Assembly: GCF_006345805.1 (NCBI RefSeq)
Contig: NW_021825381.1
Location: 1 to 17,816, forward strand
Reading direction: 5' to 3'
DNA length: 17,816 bases
Origin: Octopus sinensis
Taxonomy: Eukaryota
In this document: positions 9,015 to 17,816 of the stretch, one piece after another
How positions within the stretch are numbered: the first letter of the stretch is position 1
How the letters are laid out: the number at the start of each line of letters is the position of its first letter
Translations under genes and position numbers: made by a program
The notes under the pieces: generated by a model
What the model was told of the DNA's origin: nothing
What the model saw: the letters and a program-made list of their open reading frames with translations, nothing else
The model's database searches: none

Positions 9015-9160
9015 AACGAAGAAGAAAGAGAAGAGGAAGATGGAGAAGAAGAAGAAATGAGAGGAAGACAAAAATGGAGAAGAAAAAGAAGAGGAAGAAG
9101 GAGAAGTGAAAGAAGGAGAAGCGGAATAATAATAATAATGATGATAATAATAATAATAAT

Positions 9161-9206
<46 letters not shown>

Positions 9207-9218
9207 GTAATAATAATA
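9015..9218. repeat. (GAA)-rich tract followed by (TAA)n
   Basis: Direct inspection. Confidence 0.93.
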
Positions 9219-9384
9219 GGAAGAATGGCTAATTCCATAGTCTATTGCAAGCACCAAATAAAAAAGGTACAAGTAAAGTATTATTTGTTAAGTGCAATCG
9301 ATATTTTTCTTTTGTATTTCATTTGCTTTCGTTATTAGACTGCGGCTACGTTGTAGCGCAGATTCGAAGAATTTCTCACTGAAC

Positions 9385-9535
9385 GGATTGACCCCAGCAC
9401 TTATTTTGTGTTAAGCGTCTGGTAATTATTCTACGGGCTTCTTTTGCCGAACTGTTAAGTTTCGAGAACATACAAAGCAAAATGACGTCAGGTGTTTAGC
9501 GGTGGTTGGGAAAGACACAACGACGCAAAAAACAT
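9385..9535 (-). mobile_element. Old, diverged SINE family A 3' fragment
   Basis: gaccccagcacttatttt...cttttgccgaactgttaagtt resembles 7788-7860. Confidence 0.65.
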
Positions 9536-9594
9536 GAATGTATGAGAGTGGACAAATGAATGGGCACTCAGCTCAGTAGCAGTTACTTGTATTG

Positions 9595-10405
9595 TATATA
9601 TATACACACACACATACATACATACATACATATACATACATACATACATACATACATACATACATACATACATACATACACACACACATACATACAAACA
9701 TACATACATACATACATCACAAACATATATACATACATACATACATAACATACATACATACATACATACATACATACATACACACATACATACATACATA
9801 CATACATACATACAACATACATACATACATACATACATACATACATACATACAAACATACATACATACATACATACAACAACATACATACATACATACAC
9901 ACATACATACATACATCCATACACACAATACACACATACATACATACATACATACATACATACCTACAACACACACATACATACATACATACATCACACA
10001 TCATACATACATACATACATACACACATACATACATACATACATACATAGTACATACATACATACATGCATAATAAATACATACATACACACATACATAC
10101 ATACATACATACATACATACACATACATACATACATACATACACACACATACATACATACATACAACATACAAACATACATACATACATACATACACACA
10201 TACATACATACATACATACATACATACACACATACATACACACATCAATACATACTACAATACATACATACATACTACATTAACACACACACTACATACA
10301 TAATACATACAAACATACAAACATACATACATAACATACATACATACTACATACATAACATACAATGCATACTACATACATACAGACATACATAAACATA
10401 CAACA
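9595..10405. repeat. (CATA)n tetranucleotide array
   Basis: About 800 bp of degenerate CATA. Confidence 0.97.
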
Positions 10406-10959
10406 TCGATTTTACGGATATTGATTGATCGAAACGACATATTATCCGCATTTATTTAAACTGATGTCCAGGTACTTGTATCTCATTTACTTATTTAAGT
10501 AAATTAATTAGTTGTTTAATTTAGCGTGTGCTTCCCGCGATGACCATCACCTTTCAATTAAAAGATCAGTAATGTGAAAAGACTGCGTTTGCATAAATTT
10601 GAATCTCATTATGAAATTTGCAAACTTCCTCCTTCAAATACTTACACGGGGCAAATAACAACGAAATACTCTCCTCGGTTAAGCATGCAATTGGAGTAAG
10701 GAGCCAGGGTGAGATATAATTATGGAGGTCAAGAGAATAAGGGTGGCGGGGGGGGGGCGAAAAAGAAAACTTTTGTAAACAACACCAACATCGTATAAAG
10801 ACTTTGGCAACCATTGAGAAGAAAAAAAAGCTTTATAAGTAGAAAAAAATTGAACAGAAAATCAATATACTTATATATATCACGTGACTTACAATGCAAA
10901 ATTAAGAAAAGAAACAAAAATATTGTATATTAAATTTGAATACATTTCTGTCACCAGTA

Positions 10960-11003
10960 TATACACACACACACCAACCACACACACCACAATAATATAT
11001 ATA

Positions 11004-11061
<58 letters not shown>

Positions 11062-11429
11062 TATATACATATATATGTATATATATATATATAGATGTAT
11101 ATATGTATATATATGTATGTATGTATAGATATATATATATATTCATACATACATATACATATATATGTATATTTATACGTATATACAAATAATATATATA
11201 TGAATATATATGTAAGTCTATATATATGTTCTCTCTCTCTTACTCACTCTTTATGTATGTGTATATAAAAGTATACACACACATACATATATATATTTGT
11301 AAATGATACACACACCATACATATATATAATATATATATATTTGTAAATGTATACCACACTCATATATATATATATGAGTGTGTGTATACATTACAAATG
11401 TATATATGTATGTGTGTGTATACTTTTGC

Positions 11430-11473
<44 letters not shown>

Positions 11474-11495
11474 TATACATACACATACATACATA

Positions 11496-11531
<36 letters not shown>

Positions 11532-11533
11532 TA

Positions 11534-11570
<37 letters not shown>

Positions 11571-11590
11571 GAATGTATATATATACACAT
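10960..11590. repeat. (TA)n-rich low-complexity block
   Basis: Direct inspection. Confidence 0.93.
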
Positions 11591-12004
11591 ATTTATCTTT
11601 CTAATGTAGCAGCATCTATTTCATCATCTCTGTTATCTTTTGTGGTTTCATATAGTTTCCAACATCCCTCCCTCCCATGCCCTTCGCCACTACACAAGCA
11701 CAAGCACTCCACTACTACACACCTCTCTCACCGTGACCTTCAACTAAGAATTGTGTCTTCTCAGATATTGTTTCAAAAATTTAATTATCTGGTTACCGAA
11801 CCAAATAACAGTGTCCCCACTCCCTCTCCCTCTGTCCCTTTCTCACTCTCTCCCCCCTCTCTCCCCTTATATTTCTTTCTCTCTTTCCAGTCCTTTTCCC
11901 CCTCTCTGCCCCCTCTCTGTTTGTCATTTTCCACCACCACCATTACATCTTTCAGTACATCTTTCAATGATGTAAAAGTTGACAGGAGAGGAAGTAGGAA
12001 AATT

Positions 12005-12528
12005 AGTGGTAGTAGTAGTAGTAGTAGTAGTGGTAGTGGTGGTGGTGGTGGTAGTAGTAGTAGTAGTAGTGGTAGAATAATAATAATAATAATAAGAAGA
12101 AGAAGAAGAAGAGAAGAAGAAGAAAAGAAGAAGGAATGGAAGAAGGAGAAGGAGAAGAAGAAGAAGTAGAAAAAGAGAGGAAGAAGAAGAAAAAAAAGAA
12201 GGAATAGAAGAAGGAGAAGGTGAAGAAGAAGAAGAAAAAGAGAGGAAGAAGAAGAAGAAGAAAAGAAGAAGGAATAGAAGGAGAAGGTGAAGAAGAAAAA
12301 GGACAAGAAGAGGAAGAGGGAGAAGAGGAAAGAGAAGAAGAAGGAGAAGAAGAAGAAGAAGAAGAAGAAGAAGAAGAAGAAAAAGAAGACAGAGAAGAGC
12401 GAGAAGATGAAAAAGAAGGAGAAAGCGAAGAAGATGATGATGATGATAGAGATGAAAGCAACAACAACAAATGTAGAAAAAAACTAGTCGAAGATGAGGA
12501 AGATACAAAAAAAGAGTTGTCTTCTTTT

Positions 12529-12565
<37 letters not shown>
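12005..12565. repeat. Compound trinucleotide tract TAG/TGG > TAA > GAA > GAT/CAA ... (CTA)n
   Basis: Direct inspection. An internal ~60-bp duplication containing gaaggaatagaag occurs at ~12170-12300. Confidence 0.95.
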
Positions 12566-12566
<1 letters not shown>

Positions 12567-12634
12567 AAAATCATGAAACTTTAATATTAAATCTTCCTTT
12601 CTAGTAAAGGCAGGGGATCTAGGATTTTGGTGGG

Positions 12635-12793
12635 GTTGGGGTAAGTCGATTTCACCCACCCTCGTTTCTGGCCTGCTACTCATTTAATCTACCCACTAAA
12701 AACGGTGTAAGTCAAAGTTGACTTCGGTTGTATTCGAACCCAGAATGTTAATCCGAAGCATTGCCCCTAAGCAATTAGTTAGTCGCCTTAACG
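12635..12793 (-). mobile_element. Diverged SINE family D copy
   Basis: taagtcgattt...caaagttgacttcggttgtattcgaacccagaatgt is the reverse complement of the family D core/B-box. Confidence 0.7.
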
Positions 12794-12857
12794 ATGACGA
12801 GGACGACGACGACGATGATGATGATGATTATGATGATGATGATGATGATGATCCTTT

Positions 12858-12980
12858 CTAATGAAGCCACAATGCCTAAAATTTCGTGGGAGGGGACTAA
12901 TCGATTACATCGACCCCAGTGTTTCACTGGTACTAAATTTATCGACTCCGAAAGGATGAAAGCCAAAGTCGACATCGGCG
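12858..12980 (-). mobile_element. SINE family D 3' fragment, 5' end lost at the TAA array
   Basis: tcgattacatcgaccccagtg...actggtact...tcgactccgaaaggatgaaagccaaagtcgac is the reverse complement of ~1385-1460. Confidence 0.88.
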
Positions 12981-12986
12981 ATAATA

Positions 12987-13033
<47 letters not shown>
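12981..13033. repeat. (TAA)n
   Basis: Direct inspection. Confidence 0.97.
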
Positions 13034-13034
<1 letters not shown>

Positions 13035-13300
13035 CCCCAAAATGGCAGAAATTCAAAAGATAGTGCTCATGGGAACTGCTCATATCCTACGCAAAATACT
13101 CTCTATGTAATCCCAAGGCTTAAAACAAACTTTTTAAAAAAAATTTATTTATTAGACATTCACTAGTACAACACCAATAAAAAAACGAAATATATGGCAC
13201 AATAGGCATAACAACAACATGAACTTCCAACCTGTTGTCTCTTGAGGTCTCTGGGTGAGACTTGGAGCCAACTTGTACAAACATAAAGCAAAATCAAACA

Positions 13301-13301
<1 letters not shown>
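13034..13301 (+). mobile_element. 5'-truncated RLE-type non-LTR retrotransposon (R4/Dong-like), element 1: extreme C-terminus plus 3' UTR
   Basis: Encodes PKMAEIQKIVLMGTAHILRKILSM* (stop 13108-13110), matching the xQKxxLxGTAxILRKxL end of RLE-domain ORFs. Flanked by TAA repeats on both sides. Confidence 0.82.

Positions 13302-13388
<87 letters not shown>
13302..13388. repeat. (TAA)n between the two retrotransposons
   Basis: Direct inspection. Confidence 0.97.
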
Positions 13389-13389
<1 letters not shown>

Positions 13390-13882
13390 GATGGGTGCAT
13401 ACACTGGAAAAAGGGGAAGGCAAACATCCTCTGGGACTTTTATTTCCAGACAGACATGGTGCTAGAGCACCGAAGGCCAGGAATAGTAACCTTTAGGAGG
13501 GACAAACAAGAGTGCCTAATAATCGACGTAGCAGTGCCAGAAGGTCAACATATTATCCTGAAAGAAAGAGAAAAAGTTGATAAATATGGAGACTGAGAAT
13601 TGAGATCGCTAAGATGTGGCAGCTACGAGAGTCAAAAATAAAGGTTATCCCTATTGGGTTCAATACCACCCAATCTGAAAAAAAACATTAAAAAAAACTT
13701 AGAAATACCCTACAATCTAGGCGTATTGCAAAAGTCGGCATTACTTGGAACTGCAGGCATATTGCGTAAAGTACTGTCTGTCTGAGGTCTTTGTTGTGAC
13801 TTGACAAACTGTACGAAACCCCCGGTAGACACAATAACTTCAATCAACAACCTCACGGTATTGTACACTGTGTGACGTCTTA
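13389..13882 (+). mobile_element. 5'-truncated RLE-type non-LTR retrotransposon (R4/Dong-like), element 2; pseudogenised endonuclease domain
   Basis: ILWDFYFQTD..EHRRPGIV....QECLIIDVAVP.....EREKVDKYGD / frameshift / LRIEIAKMW...KVIPI / deletion / GSIPPNLKK...LQKSALLGTAGILRKVLSV* (stop 13783-13785). This is a PD-(D/E)xK-type RLE with the PD mutated to PG. It ends in taaataataa. Confidence 0.9.
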
Positions 13883-13966
13883 AATAATAATATATAACCA
13901 ATGCCCTGATATAATGCAAAACGATGGCTCGCATGGCTTCTGATCTTAACTCGATGGACGTATGAT

Positions 13967-14363
13967 CACCTTCAACTCAATCAACACTGAAAGATATTAT
14001 TACTGTCTCTAAAACTACTTTTATATATACGAATTAAACATTGAGAGTTGTTCATTTTAGTTACATCTAATTTGAATGTCTTTTTCCTGTGTAATCAGAA
14101 GTAATATTCCCTAATAATTATAATAATATAATATTATGATCATATAACAACTAACGTTAATTGTTGAGTTTAAACACGTAATTACGTTTCGTTATGGCGT
14201 ACACAAGAAAGATAGAAACCCTGGAATGGAAATCATCACAGAAGGGTCTTTTATACGGAAACTACGGGATTCAGAATAGATATAGTTAGTATAAGATTTA
14301 ATATTTAACATTTTATTGTGTGATCGGGTAAAAAGTCTTTCAGTGTTGATTGAGTTGAAGGTG
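13967..14363. mobile_element. Element bounded by perfect 28-bp inverted repeats (MITE-like)
   Basis: caccttcaactcaatcaacactgaaaga (13967-13994) is the exact reverse complement of 14336-14363. The interior is AT-rich. No clear TSD. Confidence 0.7.
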
Positions 14364-15164
14364 GTTCTGTCTCTAAATATATATATATAATATATATATT
14401 ATATATATATATATATATATATGTAGTATATATGTATGTGTGTATGTAGGTATATAATTTTCGAACACACACAATGTAAGCGGTTTGTTAGCTCGCTGGT
14501 TGGCTGTGAGTCGACACGGTGTAGGTGTAGGTGACTCTATTCAAGCCCCTTGTGCTTAAATGAGGACAAATATCCGTCAAATGTAAAAAACGTACATAAT
14601 TCCTCATCTCTGAAATATGGAACTGTACAATGTAAATAACGTACAAGGAATGAAGTTGAAAATACACAGGGAATACATTAAAATTATTTAGAATGAAATC
14701 ATACTTACAAATGTCGGAATACACGAACCGGTTTCAAATTAGATTTTCAGAAGTATATATAACAAATGGAGCTGTATCTCACATTATGCCTATTCTGGTC
14801 ATTGTTGTGACGAATAGTACGTTTTTAATGTAGGAATATGGCTCAGGACACCATCCCCTAACGGACAAATTAATTGGTCAACGCTCGCTTGTTGATTCAT
14901 GCTGAAGTTACACGCGCAGGTCACACACACACACACACACACACACACAACACACACCACACACACACTTGATTCCTTGTGCCTTCGTCCCTTTCTTTCT
15001 CTCTCTCTCTTTGATTCCTTGCTCCCTGCTTGTATTTTTCTTTCTCTTTCTTCCGTGCTCTCAGGTGACCGTCTTCAAACTGGTCTTTTCGGCTTGACCG
15101 CTGCCATGTTAACGTTTGTTTTCGTTTGCCGCAAAGGCATTTTTCAAATACGCCAGCCAAGATA

Positions 15165-15465
15165 AGTTAAAAATTGTCTAAAGTCGTAAGACGCCCGCTG
15201 TTTTTGTCCTGTTTACCATTCTTGTTTTTTATTTCTATTTTTGGTTTCTTGTATTTATATTCGTGTGGCATCCTGTCTTTGTTTCGTATACATTCGATCC
15301 TCTTTCCAAGAAATCTAATGCCTGTGGCTTAGTTTTCCTTGGGGCTGGCCGGTTCGGAGCGATATCGAGATTAAACAGCCGAAATTGCTAAGATGATCCG
15401 GTTCCCGACTGAAGATTAGAGGCTTCGAGTGACCCGTCGGTTTTTTGTGTCGTCTCTTTGTGTGT
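15165..15465. repeat. Probable interspersed repeat fragment, unclassified (possibly Penelope-like)
   Basis: Resembles from memory a recurrent cephalopod repeat (…ccttggggctggcc…cagccgaaattgc…cgactgaaga…gagtgacccgtc). Only one copy is in the window, so this cannot be verified internally. Confidence 0.35.
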
Positions 15466-15472
15466 TCTAATT

Positions 15473-15546
<74 letters not shown>

Positions 15547-16104
15547 TATACAATTCAATTTTTATTGGCTCAGAATGCAAAAGCAAGGCCATGTGGGGGG
15601 GGCAGGGAGGGTGGTCATACAAAGAGTTCAGTCCATTTCTGGTGAAGAGAAATTTTGAAGCACACATATAAATATAAGTGTCTGTGTGTGTGTGTAGGTA
15701 TGTGTGTATGTTTGTGTATGTGTGTATTCCTTTTATTTTTATATTTTGCTCCCTTTTCCTTAAACCCCATTTCCTCATCATCATAATTTCCTTTTTACTT
15801 CTTTAATTCTCTTTCTTCGGGCTTATCCCTTTTCTGTCTTTGTTCCCCATTCTTTTGTACCTTCGTATACCCCCCATCTTTCAATTCTTCTCTTTCTATT
15901 TCGCTCCTCAAATAATTATAAAATGCCTCGCTAACCGACCCCTATTGGGCAGAGTTATAGCTGTATCTTAGCACAATGGAGCACTCCCTGATGATCCGCT
16001 GTAGTTAAGGAATTGGAACATCCATTGTTAGAGGCCAAACGAGCCAGAACGAAGGAACGTGCGTAACAACAATAACATAATCCCCTTTTTATGATTACTT
16101 CTCA

Positions 16105-16108
16105 TCTA

Positions 16109-16167
<59 letters not shown>

Positions 16168-16190
16168 ATCTATCTCTATCTATCTATCTG

Positions 16191-16224
<34 letters not shown>

Positions 16225-16290
16225 CATCTGTCTGTCTATCTATCTATCTATCTATCTATATATCTATCTATCTATCTGTCCATCTATCTA
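16105..16290. repeat. (TATC)n / GATA microsatellite
   Basis: Direct inspection. Confidence 0.97.
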
Positions 16291-16319
16291 AAGATATAGA
16301 TACTTGATAGATAGATATA

Positions 16320-16469
16320 TAGATAAAAATACATATATACATATTATACATAGATATATAGATATAGATAGATATACATAATATATACATACATACATAC
16401 ATACATAATATTATATATATTATATAATATATAATATATATGTATAATAGATATATATATACATATATC

Positions 16470-16551
<82 letters not shown>

Positions 16552-16845
16552 CAATATGTGTGTATACACAATACACACATATATATATACAAATGATGTA
16601 TATGTGTGTGCAGAGTATACTCTTTCTGACTCACTCGTCCCCACTCTCTACATTTGCATGCTTGCGTGTGTGTGTATATATATACATACATACACACACA
16701 CATACACCCATATATATCTATATCTATATATATATTTATATATATATAGACATACATACACACACACATATATATATATTCTCAGTGAAGAAGAGCGGAT
16801 ATATATATATATATATTTATATATACATATATAAAAATATATACG

Positions 16846-16876
<31 letters not shown>

Positions 16877-17270
16877 GCATATATATGTGTGTGTACACAT
16901 AGATAACTTTAATTACTGTTCGAGAGTTATTGATACATACAAAGCATAAACATATACACGCCTGTGTGTAAACATAGAGATGTGCATACCACACATGTAT
17001 GTATATGTATACGTATGTATATGTGTATATATATTATATATATAAATATATATGGATATGTATATATACGTATATGCACATATTTATGTATATATATATG
17101 TATATATATACAAATGTATATATATGTATATATATATATATGTATATATATATTTATATATATTTATATATAGATATATATATATATATATACACATATA
17201 CATACGTATACATATATATATATATTATATATGTATGTATGTATATACATATATATATATGTATATATAC
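16320..17270. repeat. (TA)n-rich low-complexity block
   Basis: Direct inspection; short unique interruptions. Confidence 0.92.
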
Positions 17271-17487
17271 TGTTAGGCATTTTTTGATACGTACACAAGC
17301 ATATATACTAGCACACAATACGTACAAATATACATACGTACAAGTTTGTGTGTGTGTCGGTGGGGGTATTGGGGGGGATGGGGTTTGTAAAGGTGTGTTG
17401 AAGGAAAAACATTTGTTGCTTGCTGGGTGTGACACAAACAGAATCACACATCTGTAGACGAGGTGAGACAAGTGAGATGCGACTGAT

Positions 17488-17816
17488 AACAACAACCACC
17501 GCCACCACCAGCACCACCACAACCACCATCATCCCCACCACCACCACTACACCACCACAACCACTAGCGCAACCACAACCACACCACCACCACCACCACC
17601 GCCACCATCACAAACACCACCACCAACACCACTACCGCCACTACCACCACCACAACAACTAGCACAACCACAACCCACACACCACCGCCACCATCACCAC
17701 CACTACCACCACCATCATCACCACCACCACCACCAGCACCAGCCCCAACGCCACCATCACCGCAGCCACCACCACCACCACCACCACCACTATCACCACA
17801 CCACCGCCACCACAAA
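17488..17816. repeat. Degenerate (CAC/ACC)n tract running off the window end
   Basis: Direct inspection. Confidence 0.95.

Noticed and set aside
11573-12169. 198-aa ORF as a real gene
   Set aside because: Built from CT-rich, TAG/TGG, TAA and GAA repeats, with no recognisable motif and no convincing start context.
13255-13596. 113-aa ORF as an intact protein
   Set aside because: It fuses element-1 UTR, poly-Ile from (TAA)n and a frameshifted RLE fragment whose catalytic PD is mutated.
14480-14900. Coding exon in the unique island
   Set aside because: The acceptor/donor combinations I tested were closed in all frames or gave short unrecognisable peptides with weak sites.
15400-15445. Second hammerhead candidate (CUGAAGA...GAGUGAC..GUC)
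   Set aside because: The GAAA core is absent (GAGU) and stem II is poor. Not supportable.
15988-16025. CUGAUGA motif as a hammerhead
   Set aside because: No correctly placed GAAA or stems; a chance 7-mer.
151-17815. Most ORFs in the six-frame track (YI/CV/HT/poly-I/poly-E/K/poly-S peptides)
   Set aside because: They are translations of di-, tri- and tetranucleotide microsatellites that lack stop codons in some frames. No domain content.

Overview
Eukaryotic, repeat-saturated, probably intronic or intergenic DNA. The SINE families and microsatellite load look to me like an octopus (cephalopod) genome; that is recognition from memory, not a database result. No intact protein-coding gene is supported, and nearly all ORFs in the track are translations of microsatellites. 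The window contains: (i) about a dozen tRNA-derived SINE copies from at least three families (my labels A, B, D), with head/tail module swapping, a head-less tandem unit and a locally duplicated head; (ii) a mariner (D,D34D) 3' end amplified in tandem three times, one copy carrying a ~480-bp CAT/CGT expansion; (iii) two different 5'-truncated non-LTR retrotransposons with a restriction-like endonuclease (R4/Dong-like) stacked in one (TAA)n array; (iv) two inverted-repeat, MITE-like elements; (v) a Penelope-like fragment with a degenerate minimal hammerhead ribozyme motif; (vi) a few unique islands, one with a candidate exon flanked by complementary GT/CA tracts. I see no evidence for a new multi-gene system. 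The interesting signals concern mobile-element architecture.
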